Shown here one piece after another: positions 42,504-56,150 of a DNA stretch of 64,000 nucleotides. This stretch comes from the human T2T-CHM13v2.0 reference genome, Homo sapiens. The number at the start of each line of letters is the position of its first letter. Positions within the stretch are counted from its first letter, which is position 1. The notes beneath the pieces are model-generated. The model saw only the letters and a list, made by a program, of their open reading frames with translations, made no database searches and had not been told where the DNA came from. Made by a program: the position numbers and the translations under genes. The stretch is taken from NCBI RefSeq assembly GCF_009914755.1, contig NC_060927.1; one strand, given 5' to 3'.

Positions 42504-42730
42504 ATAGTGATTCTCAACTGGAAGAGATTTCCCAACCCTACAGGGGGACATTTGGCAGTATCTGGAGATATTTTTGGTTGTCACAACTTTGGGAGAGGGC
42601 AGTGCAACTAGCATCTAGTAGGGAGAGGACAGGAATGCTATAAACTATGCTACCATGCACAGGACAGCTCCCTAAAACAGAGAATTATCTTGTCCAAAAT
42701 GTGAGTGGTGCCAAAGTATGGAACTAAGGT
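42504..42730. mobile_element. MER20 hAT-Charlie MITE
   Basis: gggggacatttggcagtatctggagatatttttggttgtcacaact...gcacaggacagc...gaattatc. Confidence 0.88.
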
Positions 42731-43389
42731 TTAAAATTATCTGGCTCATATATATTCACTACAACCCCGCCTGCAGACAAGTGTTCATCAAATATAGTTT
42801 GATAGTGTATAAAAAAATTGTTAAATAATTTGCTTTACTCTATTGATGTGTGAGCAACATTTATTGAATGTCCCAAATGCTTTCTGTTAAAAAAAAAAAA
42901 AAGAAGAAAACACAACTAACCTTTCTCCAAACCTACATACCCAAACCACAGATTTTACAAATGTAGGAGGACCCAGTTGATTCACTTTTCAAACTTGAAA
43001 AATGAGGTATATGAACAAAGCACACTAAATGAATCAGCTGTTTAGGAAGATCTACAAGCCAGTTCATTTTCCTGTTATTAAATAACAAACCATGAATCTT
43101 GACAAATGAACCCACTTGTTTGACAGTATTTGAAAAACTCATAACATGCTTGGTTCTGATGGTCACTTCCCCTTTGAAATTACATTTTAAGATGGACTTC
43201 ATTTAAATTCTGATAGAGAAAAAGAGCCTTTTAACCTTCATTTTGACTGTCTGCTGTTTATCATCATCATTCTTTCCCTCCTGCTGATACTTAGATGCTC
43301 CAGAGCTTTTGCCAGAGCATCATCCTCCAGTGTTTACTTCAAGGAAGTGTTTATGTTTATTGGTGTCCATATAATTAAGAGCTAAAGTT

Positions 43390-43610
43390 CTGCAGTGTTG
43401 TGGGAGACTGCGTGGCTTCTGGAGTCAGAGTCCCTGGCCTCAAGTTGGGCTCCAGCTGTGTGACCTTGAGAAGGTCATTTACCCTTTTTGTGCCTCAGTT
43501 TCCTCATTTGTAAAATGAGAAGAATATTATTTGCCTCATTGTGCTGTTGTGAAGATAGCATATAAAATGCTTAGCAAGCACAAACGGATGCTACCTATAA
43601 TTATTAGGAT
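43390..43610 (+). mobile_element. MIR
   Basis: ctggagtcagag...gctgtgtgaccttgag...tgcctcagtttcctcatttgtaaaatg. Confidence 0.8.
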
Positions 43611-45611
43611 TACTATTTTAGGAATAGCATGTTTCACAATGGATGCCAATTCATCTTATTTCATTTCCTAAAGAGGACATTGGCACTGATCCTCTGAGAT
43701 AGCATCCCTAATGTGTGGCTGAAGGGCTTTAGACCCTATTCCATAATCCCTAACAGAACCTTCCAGCAAAGCTACAATGACTAAACATCTAAGAAAAATC
43801 TGCATACTAACCAAGCATATGCAGCTGCAAGAGAAATCCTCTATCTCTCTTCTTCAATCAGAGTGTCATCCAAAATCCCCTTCTGAATGTGCCATTTCCA
43901 CCGCTTCTAAGCTGACACTGCAAATTCATAGCAACCCCTTGCCCTGTTATAGCACAGTGTTACAGTGTTCAGTAACCCCAGACCGTAAGTACTCTCTCCT
44001 CCTAAATAGGATTTATAAAGTGTGACTTTGAGCAATGTAGCAAAGTCAATTTTATCTGCAGGAAAATATTTTTCTTTACTAACATTTTAAAATCCCTTCC
44101 TCAGTGCTCCAAAATGATTTAAAAGCTAATCAATGATAAAATCCCAAATCCCTCTAAAGACAAAGAATTGAGAAAGGAAGCAGAGCCACTTTAATCAGTA
44201 AAGGGGCTGCTGTGACCCATTAACCCCTAGAGATTATTGACACTTCTTTTATTTATTTATTTATTTATTTATTTTTTAAGATTCTGTAGTTTGGTCATAT
44301 GTCTTTGGCAGCAAGAACATACAAAATCGCTTTTGCTTTTCACAAATTAATTCATTTAGGCCTGTGCATTTGTCAGGCATTCCGGGAACTTTCTGCCAAC
44401 ATTTTGTTGATTAAAGGATGTGTATTTGGAATATGGGTGGAGAGGAAGGAATTTATAATTCTTAAAACCAAAGAATGATTTATAATGCTGACCGCTACCT
44501 GAATCAATCAGTGCATCATCAACAGATAAATGAAATACTAAAGATAAGGAAGAGTTCCTACACTGGGTGTTAAAATCTGTGGATTGATTGGTTCAATAAC
44601 ACCGAGAAAATCGACCGCTTTCAGCAGAATTTCTAGAATTTACGAACAAGGATATGACAAAGAAAACCGCCTTTTTGTATTTTGTTCAGAAAGCTTCTGA
44701 AATACATTCTTTCTTCACAAGTCTGGTGCTTCCACTCCTAATTATAAATTACATATCTCACTTCAGTGCACACAAGTTCCTGATCCTCATCCCAACTTCG
44801 GTTGGCTTTTGACTATTTTGTTAATTTTTTTCCCTGTGAATTTGTTGGGCCTTTTGGAGGACACATTTATTGCTTTAGGCATCATGCAATTTACTAAATG
44901 GTGTTCTGGTTATGGAAATGCTTACAAAGAGCCCTAGGGGGGAAAAGAATTAAGTAAACACATATTGATCATCCTGTAGCTGGTGCTTTCTTATTTGATT
45001 AGTCAAGGACTCAGTCTGAACTGGTCCTTCTAATCTGTGATACATAAAGCTGGAGACATTTTTCTGGCTCCCTGGTGGTTTTAAAGGCTATGCAATGGGA
45101 AAAACTGCTTTAAACAAAGTCTCATTTTTGAAAAAGCCTGAATGCAGAATGGAATTCAAAGAATTTGGAGAGAGGGGAGGTGAAAGTGGTAGCAAACAGC
45201 TTTAAAAAGGCCCTGGGAATTTTAAGAGAGTAAGGCATATAAGGGAAGTAAAGAGAAATCTCATCTGACCCATTATGAGATACACCAGGAAGCCACCTCG
45301 GCAAGCATGTACTGAACACCTACTGTGTGCAGGACTTGTAAAAGAGGTAGAGCTTAAGTTTTGTGAGGATTCCAAGAAGCTAAACAGAATACTTTATGTC
45401 AGGAAATAAGTCATAGTTTTTGATGCTAGCTAAGAAACTTGAGCTTTCTGTAGATATTAAATTTCAAAAGGCAATGAATATATTCTATTTAATCCAAATA
45501 CCAGGAAAAGAAGGTTTTATCCTGTATAATTCATTTTAAAATTCATTTTAAAATTCTATGTGAAAAATGTTGATACTAAAGCAATACTAAAGAATAGTTG
45601 AGAAAAATGTT

Positions 45612-45928
<317 letters not shown>

Positions 45929-46051
45929 AAAAAACGTTTATTTCAAAGAAGAAATCTGGAGGCTCTGGGTTTTGCTCCTGTCATGTCTATTCTTTCACTT
46001 GTGCATTTCTCAACTGTTGGTCAATGTGTGTTTGCGTTGCACAATTTTCTT

Positions 46052-46365
46052 TCTTTGTTATTTTTACTTTTTATTTTTTCTGAGACTGGGTCTTGCTCTG
46101 TTGCCCAGGCTAGAGTGCAGTGGCGCCATCATGGCTCACTGCAGCCTCAGCCTCTAGGGTTCAAGTGAACCTCCCACCTCGGCCTCCTGGATAGCAGAGA
46201 CCACAGGCACATGGTACCACACCCAGCTAATTTTTGTGTATTTTTTATAGAGATGGGGTTTTGCCATGTTGTCCAGACTGGTCTTGAGCTCCTGGGCTCA
46301 AGCAGTCCACCCATCTCAGCCTCCCAAAGTGCTAGGATTACAGGCGTGAACCATAGTGCCCAGTC
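46052..46365 (-). mobile_element. AluJ
   Basis: catcatggctcactgcagcctc and ctcctgggctcaagc diagnostics; TSD acaattttctt. Confidence 0.92.
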
Positions 46366-48205
46366 TGGACAATTTTCTTATTCCCAACCTACCCTGCCTT
46401 CCCAAAAATAAGGGGCATAAAAGGTGAAACATGATAGAAAGCTTGAAGCTCGCTGCATATGAGATGGTACAGTCTCTGGCTGAGGGAAACAATGGGAATT
46501 CAGAGAAAAGGAGGTTTCCAGGAGGCTGTTTGAGATTTTGGTGGCTGACTATATTCTGAGATTTAGAATTAAGAAGCAGATAAAGCTAACACCAAGTTTT
46601 CTAGCATGGAGACTGGCAGAACAACAGCAACATTGAAAGATATGGGGTAATTGTATTGGGTGGCTGGTGTGGGGAATTGGGAATGAGAGAATAGGTGCAA
46701 TGGGTTGCATGTGATATACTGAATCTAAAGCACATTGTCTTATAGACAGTGGGAAATAGGGACTGACCAAATTTAAAATCCTGGAAGGTGTAAAACAGAT
46801 TACTATTGCAAGAAATGAAGCTGGGTACTGCTAAAACTTGGCCTTCTTTCTCTAAATGCTAAGTGCTGTCTTTATTCCATTTTTTATTATATATATAGTA
46901 ACCTAAATATTTCTCAAGCACCTACTGTATATCAGGCACTAGGCTACATACATGACATACTCATGTATGGTTTGACACATTCCCTGCTCTCAGGAAACAC
47001 AGATTACTGTTAGAGGCAGGCATTAAATAAGCCAAAAATAATTAAATAAGACCCAATACACTGAAAGCTGTGAAGGAAAATACCAGAGTGTTGTAGGATG
47101 ATACTTAATTTGAAATCAGAAGGATGGATTAGAGCCAGCCGAGTAGAGTGGGGCTGAGAATGGGAAGGGTGAAAAGTTGGGAGTACCACAGTGTCTGGTC
47201 TAAGAAGTGATTGGAGAAAAAGTCTGATAAAAAATCATGTGGAGCTTTCAGGACTTTGTAATAAGTTTGGTGGGAAGCCACTGCAGGATTCTACATACAA
47301 AGTTTAGCTGTCTGTGATTAAGGCCACAGTCAGTTCTATTTCCAGGACATCTCATTATTTACCCAGACCCACTAGGCCTGTCAATTTGGTCAGCAGCAGA
47401 AGTTTTGGGATGAAAAGACATACTATTTTCATGTTGAATATGTTTCTTGAGGTTTTTTTTTTTAGAATGAAACTGTAGAGACACAAAGTACATTTTTTTC
47501 CCTCAGATTATATTATTCCTTACCTTTATGCCATGGCACAAAATGTATTATAGTTTGACCTCATCTGAATACTTACTTGCTAATGTGCCAAAAATGTGCT
47601 GTTTGACAAAGACATACCTCCCAAATCTGATAAAATAGCTAAAGACTCTTCATCTTCAGATGAGAACCCAGCCCAAAGTTTCCCCACTGGAATCTTGATG
47701 AATGTGCTTATTTTGTTTTTGGGTAGCATTTGGGGTCACAACTGAGAAAATCTGGGACAGTTATATAGGTTGATATTACTACAAGACAGATACAAACCAT
47801 GAATATTAATATTATTGTTATTTTTGCTAATATTGTACACTTATTAATTTCTAGGAACCATTTTGTTTGCATTAACTCAACTTTTTGAAAAAATCTTCTA
47901 ACTTAAGAGAGTACCGTTATTATCTCCTTCGTATTAATGAGAATGCTGCTTCTCAGAGAGGTTAAGGCACCACTTAAAGGTCACATAGCCAGTAAGAGGC
48001 ACAGCAGGGACTCAACCCTAGACAGTCAGTGTTAGTTGAGAACTTTTGAAGATATGCCTGTATAAAAAAAGAAGCATAATTAGTAAATATATATCTATGA
48101 ATTCTGGTATGTATAATTTTAAAAACCCTCACATTGTTTATTGCAATTTTCTGGGAGTCATTTTATCATTTTAATTTTGCCATATAATAATGTAATGAAT
48201 TAAAA

Positions 48206-48423
48206 CAGCGGTTCTCCCAGGGGGAGATTCCTACCAGCACCAGGGAGCATTTGGCAATGTCTGGGAATATTTTTTGGTGATCACATCTGGGGAATGGGCA
48301 TTACTAGAATCTGGGAGATAGAGGCTAAGGATGCTACTAAACATCCTACAGTGAACAAGGACAGTGCCCACAACAAATAATTATCCTGTCCAGATGGTTT
48401 ATAGTGCCTAGGTTGGGATCCTG
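48206..48423. mobile_element. MER20 hAT-Charlie MITE
   Basis: cagcggttctc...catttggcaatgtctgg...ggatgctactaaacatcctacag...cacaacaaataattatcc...cctg. Confidence 0.88.
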
Positions 48424-49080
48424 GATTAGAGTAATTTAAAGAGGATCTTGAAGGTAAGGAAAGAATGGTAGCTCCATCTTGCAAACAAGGAACATTCAAT
48501 GTAAAGAAACGATTTTGGGAATATGAGAAAGAGCTAAGATGGTTTCATTCATTCAGTCATTCATAGAATCACTATTTATAGGAATGATTTCTTTGTATCA
48601 GGAATTATGCTGAACAGTAATGTTGAGGAAAACAATAGGAGGGAGTTTCTTTGGAGAAAAGGAGGGAACAAGGTAATAGAGGGAAACCAAAGATGCTTGG
48701 GTATTAAAGGTAAGCTAGGGTCAGAGTTTATTGCCAAAAGTGACTGTTTTATTTTATTAGGGAAGAAGATATGCTACTTTACCAATCTAAGGAGAGTCAC
48801 TATAGTCAGAGACAAGTTCAAATGCCATATGCTACTGCCAGGAGCACCTGATAACTGTTTTTTGTCCCTTTTATGGCTGACTTATGCTGATCTGAATGGA
48901 GGGCCAGGGCGGGGGACGATATTCTTGAATGCAACAGAGAGTAGTGATATAAATGTGTGTGTGTATGTACGTGTGTGTATTGGAGAAGACGCATAGCTTA
49001 CATTGATTTCAAGTTGTGCTGCTGGCCTGTGAATAGGTGCTGGCTTTTGTTTTTCCAGTAACAGCTTTTTCTGTTTCCAG

Positions 49081-49253
49081 CAGTCCTATGCACCAGCTCC
49101 CCACCCCATGGCTCCTCCCAGCCCCAGCACAAACAGCAGCAGCAACAACAGCAGCAACAACAGCAGCGGGGAACAGTTGAGTAAAACCAACCTGTACATT
49201 CGAGGCCTCCCACCAGGCACCACTGACCAGGACCTAATCAAGCTGTGCCAACC
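49081..49253 (+). CDS. RBMS3: Internal coding exon (exon 2) of RNA-binding motif single-stranded-interacting protein 3; Ser/Asn linker and start of RRM1
   Basis: Acceptor ctttttctgtttccag|CAG at 49080/81 and donor CC|gtaagt at 49253/54. Open phase-0 translation [57 protein letters not shown](P) includes RNP2 motif LYIRGL and matches RBMS3 as I recall it. Not in the ORF track. Confidence 0.95.
49134..49166 (+). repeat. Exonic (CAG/CAA)11 tract read as Ser/Asn in RBMS3
   Basis: cagcagcagcaacaacagcagcaacaacagcag. Confidence 0.95.
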
Positions 49254-49994
49254 GTAAGTGTCCTTCTGCTGCCCGTGCTGTTTCTCACTCCCATACTTGC
49301 CTTGGTGGGCAGGATGTGTTATTTCAGTCAATGTACTCATCCACTGGTGTCTCAGTGAGGAAGACTCTTCTTTACAAACAGGACTTAAATTTGAGATTCA
49401 ATGCTAGTTTATTTTGGGGAGTGGAATTGGTTTACTTTTTGTTGTTGAGTGGAAGTTCTTGAGCACGTATACATGGAAATGCTGGCTGATTCATAGATAT
49501 ATGACCTGCAAGATGAAGATCAAGTAATAGAGTTACACTCTCAAACCATGTGGCCAGTGGAGTCATTGATGAGTCTCATGAAATAAACGATTTTCTTGAG
49601 AAGTATTAGTGAAAGGAATCTCAAAAACTCAGAAGCGGTGGATTTCAGGATTACCTCTTGTGTTACAAAGCTTTTCTGGCCAGTGCTTGGTAAATGTCCG
49701 TTCAGCCAGGACCATGTATCTGGAGAAGCATAAGACTAATCCTCTAGTTTCTTTGAAAACATCTGCTGCCTAGTCCAGTGAAGCTATCTCCCACCAAGGC
49801 CAAGGACCACACTCACTAAGTAGTTTTATATTTGCTTGGAAGCTTGGAAATGATTAAATCCTCTTCAAAAATGTTTTCATGAATCTACTATCTACCAACA
49901 CTTATGTCATTAATTCTCTTATTTCTGTGCAAATAAAAACATATTTAAGTTCACCTTCCCATAAAATTAATAATGAATTAAGAATCATAGACCT

Positions 49995-50351
<357 letters not shown>

Positions 50352-51417
50352 TTAGGTTAGTATCTGATTATTTTCAAAATAATATTAGAACATATATTTG
50401 TCATTTGATTGTGACTTAGCTGTGTATTTTTAAATTTTAAAAAACTATTACTCAATTGTTATTTTTCTCTTTTGCAATGCTTTTTAAAAAGCCATGAGGA
50501 TATTTATTTTGTAAATGTTCTGACCTCTAAAATATTGAAAGAGGAAAACAAAGCAGAAAATATTTATTTGCCTTTGTCCTAGATTTTAAGATTGGGAATA
50601 CATATCAACACAACAGAAAGTGGCAGATAAACCAAAATACAAATACATAACTGTCTAATTGTTTGACAAAACAGTAGGTACATTAGGGTTGGAGTCCCCT
50701 GTTGCTACTGAGTGCCTTGATTTGTGAAAAAGGCAAGGCGGAACCTTGAAAGATAAATATATATATTTTTAAATTTGTTCAAAAAATGTTAAATGTGCCA
50801 AAGCTCAGACATACAAATATACGTTAGATTTTGGCCCATAGAATATTGAGGTTGAGAATCAGAAGATAAATAACTCAACTTTTTCTTTTGTTGTTTAAAA
50901 AATCTAAACTCTATTTTGAAAAGCAAGGTCTTTGAAAATGTGAAACATTGTAGACTTTATGATAGAAGGTTCAGGTGAAGTAAAAAGAAAAATAGCTATT
51001 GTTCTTAATTTATATTTGAAACTCATTTATTTTTAAGGGTAGCTATTAGGGAAAGGTTCTTTCTTACTGGTCTTTACCACTTGTAGAGCCTGTTGACACA
51101 CAGATGTCTGGGCCCAAGGAATTATGATTCACTAGGTCTGGGGTAGAGCCCAAGAATATGTATTTCAAACAGGATCTTTAGTGTTGTTGATCTTTTGTGA
51201 AGCACTTCTCTCAACAGTCTTGAAGAACACCAACTATTTCTATTGTATAAAGTTTCACTAATTGATGAGGGTAGTTGAGATGGAATTTTGAGTGTTAAAA
51301 CCTGTTCAACCACTGTGTAATCTTGAGGCATATCACTTCCTCCCTCTAAGCCTCAGTTTCCTCTTTCTTAAAAGACTGGGTTGGTTTTTATTATTTCTGT
51401 GTTTACTTGTAGTATCA

Positions 51418-51621
51418 GCAGTGTGCTGGAGCTGGCTCTGACTAACACACTTGAGCCAATTGTTACATATTCAAGAATTTTGTTAGCAATCTGTTACAGA
51501 CTTGGTAGCATGAAATTGGCCCTTGTGGGAGTATTTATAACACAGGAATCAGCACATCCTGCAAATCAGAGCTTTTTAAAATTTTATTTTATTGAAAAGC
51601 TGCTGTATGAACACACCACTG
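51418..51621. mobile_element. MER63-like hAT-Blackjack MITE
   Basis: gtgtgctggagctggctc...ttggtagcatgaaattggcc..gtgggagtatttat...gcaaatcagagc...cacaccactg. Confidence 0.75.
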
Positions 51622-52367
51622 ATGTAGCATCATACTATGAATTGCTGTGTCAATATCCATTTCTGCATAGAATTGCCAGAATTTTGTAAATGGAAATTAT
51701 TACTTAAAAGCCTATATTGCCATTTTTAACTCAGAGATGTGGTAACACAGAAACATTGTTGAGGGAATAAGTTTTGTTAATGTTTTTTATGTGCATTTGA
51801 TAAAGAATATTAAGTGAACAGAGGATAATAGTTACTTGTTCATATTAATATTTGTCAGCTAATAAGATCTGGCCCATTTATTGTTATTGTAAAAGTGTTT
51901 GTGGGTTCTCCTGTTACAGCAGTGATCTAGAACTGGGATTTATTGCTTAGATTATTTTTCCTAGAGAATCTTAAAGAACTGATGTGATTGGGCAACATAA
52001 TGTAGTGGAAATAACTGTGCACTAAGAGATCTGTCTTTCAATCTTGGCTATGCTATCAACTGAGTCTTTGGCCTTAGAGTAATGACTTTTTGCCTCTTAA
52101 CGTTGGTTTCCCCCATATACAAAATAATGGATTTGAACTCAACAATCTTTTATGTTTTCTTCATTCTAAAATTTTGATATTTGATTGAAGACCTCATTAT
52201 TTATCTGCCAGACTTACTCAAGATTACCTTTTGTATCTTTCTCCAATCCCCTCGTGCAGTGTTGGCAGGGGCACAGTCAGAATTTATTCAGCTTCATGGG
52301 TATGACCTGATGGCTGAAAAAACCTTTGGTAAGAGACCAATGCAGGTCATTTGTAAAACCTTGCTTG

Positions 52368-52371
<4 letters not shown>

Positions 52372-52405
<34 letters not shown>
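52372..52405. repeat. (TC)17 microsatellite
   Basis: Read directly from the sequence. Confidence 0.95.
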
Positions 52406-52408
<3 letters not shown>

Positions 52409-53089
52409 GTGTTGGCCTCTCACAGTGCTTGTTACCATTTTACATTAACAGTCTTCTAAAGATTAAAATCACTTTCCATTCCTGTACCTCATCTCACACT
52501 TTAAAATAATTTCACTCACACAACAGATAATTTTAGTAGATTTAAATGAACTTGCCATCAAGATTCATTTTCCATATTTATTTCTATGAAATTATAAGCA
52601 CTTTTAGAGTTAATATTCCTTATAGGAAATGCAATATTTGCTAATATCCATTGTAATAAAATAATAGAAAACAGATACACAAAACAGCATATTGTCTTTT
52701 TTTAAAAAGGCATAGACATATTGGATTTTCTGGTATTAGTATATTATATCCATGTTAATGCTAATGAACGGTAAGAAAATTGTATTAAAGAAAAAGAAAT
52801 TGCATTATTTCTAAATATATAATCTGAGAGCAAATTCTTATTGAGGAATTCTATTCACATTCATCATCAAAACTTCTATGTTCAGATCACAAGTAAAATC
52901 AAAGAAAAGAAGATAAGACTGAAGAACAATAAATATAAAGAATGATTTTACTCTATGGAAAAATCTAGTTGTACCTATGTTTTGGATGAATACATTATAC
53001 TGTGCGTAGCGTAGAAAATAGTATAGTTAAAAACCTTGTAATGTCTTTTTCTTGAGACACCTTAAGGAACTTTATTTTGTTCTCAATCA

Positions 53090-53800
53090 AGAAATATTTA
53101 CAGATTATATCCTGCATGCCTGTGGTGAGGAGTCAGTGGTGAGTAAATTTAGATAAAGGAGAAATATTATATTCTACTAGGGAAAATGGGCATCAATTAA
53201 ATATATGATCTGATAAAAAATTGCAACTGTAAGTGCAAAAGAGAGAGGAGCATGATACTAACAGATTTTTTAGCACAAGATTAGACCTAGTTAGGGCGAT
53301 TAGCAAAGGTATCTCTGAGGAAGTGACAATTGAGCTAAGATTAGAAGGATAAATAGATTTAACTAATCTAGAAAAAAGTGGAAGAGCAGCCAGGTAAAGG
53401 AAACATTGTGTGCAGAGCCAAGGGCTGGAGGGGGCATGCCAAGGACAAAGGGCTAAGAAAAAGCCACGTGACTATAGCAGAGAGAAAGAGGTAAAGTGTG
53501 GGGCAAAATGAGCTAGAAAACACGAAAGGACAAGATGATTCCTTTGGAGATGATGTTAGAAGCTTGATTTATCTTAAGAACAATGGAGGAAATCATTGAA
53601 TTGTCATAAACAGGAAGTTCGCATAGCTATATTTTTGTTTCAAATAGGTAACTCCAGCTGCAGAGTACGGAGAAGTGATCCTCTGAGATCAAGGAACAAT
53701 TAGAGTAGGAATAGTTGAAAAGCTGAAAGAAGAATGCTTTTTGTTCAGAGAAGAGGGTGTGAGAAGTAATATTAGTGGTGGTAGAAAAATTATGTGTGGT
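53090..53800 (-). mobile_element. L2 fragment
   Basis: ctctgaggaagtgacaattgagctaaga; ttatcttaagaacaatggag; purine-rich antisense L2 text. Confidence 0.65.
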
Positions 53801-53934
53801 GAAAGATTTTGTCATATGCATTCTTTTTTCCGTTAAAAAGCAGGGACATGGGAACAATTAACCAAATGAACTTCAAAAGAAACAGCAAAGTAGCACAGAA
53901 TAGAACCCAAATGAGTTGATTTTTAGTTAATCTC

Positions 53935-54110
53935 TTTTTATTTATTTATTTATTTATTTATTTTTATTATTATTATACTTTAAGTTTTAGGGTACATGTG
54001 CACAATGTGCAGGTTAGTTACACATGCATACATGTGCCATGCTGGTGTGCTGCACCCATTAACTCGTCATTTAGCATTAGGTATATCTCCTAATGCTATC
54101 CCTCCCCCCT
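53935..54110 (-). mobile_element. Young L1PA (PA2-PA4-like) extreme 3' end with (TTTA)n tail
   Basis: ttattatactttaagttttagggtacatgtgcacaatgtgcaggttagttac...cccattaactcgtcatttagcattaggtatatctcctaatgctatccctccccc. Confidence 0.93.
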
Positions 54111-55983
54111 TTTTCTTACCCAGTCTTGAACGGGTCATCAATATACTGTTAAACAATTAAATGGCTGTAATATTAAAAGCACTAAAGGCAATGTAATAAA
54201 AACTAGGAATCCAACTGATTATACAGATTTACTCATGGATGGATGATCAGTTGAAGACTACTGACAGAACACTTGGATCATATATATCCTTTATGCTTAT
54301 CTCAGGAAGACCAGACGGAAGTCGGAGAAGATAGATTTGGTTTAAGAAAGAGAGAGAGAGCATTGTAACTTTTTTGAGCCAGATAAAATATTTGTAGTGT
54401 AATGATTTTTTACATATAAGTTATATTTTGTCCTTCCAAGAAATTGGTAACTTCTATTTTATGATTCTGAATATGCCCTGGAAACACATTTAAATTGTTC
54501 CTAAAAAATAAAATCAAACGTGCATCATAATGGGTAGCATTTACAATGGAAAAAAATCATTATTGTATTTATATTTTCCACATCTACAACATATTTTATC
54601 TAACCATTTTGTGGCTTATAAATTTGATTTAATACAATGTTCTCAGGAAGCCCCAGCCAATTGCCCCCACTTTCCTGTGATTGACTGCTATGGAGTTAAT
54701 TAAAATATTGTGAAGGAACAGAGAGCATTGTTTTTCTATTATAAAGTAAACATGCCGCTGCTAAGGCCACTTGAAACAGAATGCAGGAAAATAGAGGGAA
54801 ACTCTTGGGTAGGTACATACATATTTCCAGTCCTTACCAGAAGAGCAGGAAAGTCAACTGCCCTGCCCCCTCACTTTTCTCCGTAAATGTTTTCTTTGCT
54901 CAAGTTATGACACCCTAGCATTTCCCCCTTTAAAATGAAACTCTGAATGTCACTTTAACATTTAAAAAGAGAGGGGAAACACCCACAATGAAAAGCCAGA
55001 GGAACGAAATAGAAGTGTTTGCGCTGGAGAGCCGAAGGGTCTGCCCAAGCTAATCTCCCGGACTTTTACACAACCCTGTTGGATGTCTCATTATAGTGCG
55101 TGCTGAACGCTGAATAGTAAGAGCCAGACTCAAGTGCCATCCAGGCTCCGAGCGCAGAGTCCATTATACATGGTGTCAGACAGTTTTGACAAATGCACCG
55201 ACACAATCAAACCTTTTATCAGTTTAAAAGTAACCTTGTCACAATAATCTGTCAGACTGTTCAGATACAACTAAAGGAAAACAAGTCATCATGCACTCCA
55301 GGGTAAACAAGTAAATAAGAAAAATGTGACTGGAAATTTTTAGAGTTCTTTCTTACTGTGTCATTGAAGATTTAAAAGTTTCCTCTAATAAGACCCTAGG
55401 AAATTTATTAGTAGCTGTCTTCTGCAAGTCAGACTCAAATTACGCAGCTGCTTTTGAGATGTCATAAATCTATGTGGTGGCAGGTGTGAGCAGGAAGTGA
55501 ATACTGGAATCTTTAAACCCTGCCTTTGTGTATTTTAAATGAGAGAGTGCTTTAAAGACCCAAAACACGATGTTGGAATTCCTTGATTCAGCAGAGATTT
55601 GACAATGGGTTACGTATATTCATTCAGATTTGGGCAAAATTATGTTTGCCAAGCATCTGCTGTAAACTAGACATAGTATTTGATTAGTACTAAATAATTG
55701 TCATTAATAATAGGTTGTTATATTTATATATTTACATTAACACAGTTATTGTATATTACATGCCTCATACTCTACTAAGTTTTTAAATTATTTAATGTTC
55801 AAAACTTCCCTATGAAGTGGGAATAATACTTTCTTTAAACTGATACTCAAAAGGGTTAAGAAACTTGTTCAAATTTATGCAGCCACCATAGCCACCAGGA
55901 TTCAAAATCTGGATCTGACTTCAAAGCCGATATTCGTAATCACTGAAACATTCATATAATGAGAATAAGGGTGGCATAAATCA

Positions 55984-56150
55984 TAGGTTCTCAGTTCCAT
56001 GACTACTCGTGAGAATCCCTTAGGGACCTTCAGAAAATAGGTTTGGACCTCAAGTGTTCTGATTTAACCAGTATGGGTCAACCTGGATTTTGGGATTTTT
56101 TAAAGCCTGCTCAGATAATTCTAGTATGTAGCAAAGATTGAGAACTTTTA
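55984..56150. mobile_element. MER5-type hAT MITE
   Basis: ggttctca...ttctgatttaa...ttttttaaagc...ataattcta...gattgagaac; a second MER5-like piece lies at ~51085-51210. Confidence 0.6.

Noticed and set aside
48607-48996. 129-aa ATG ORF just upstream of exon 2
   Set aside because: No recognisable homology; it ends before the acceptor and runs through simple (TG)n sequence.
48998-49340. Minus-strand ORFs with poly-Cys and poly-Leu runs
   Set aside because: They are antisense readings of the RBMS3 exon's CAG/CAA tract, with no independent gene signals.
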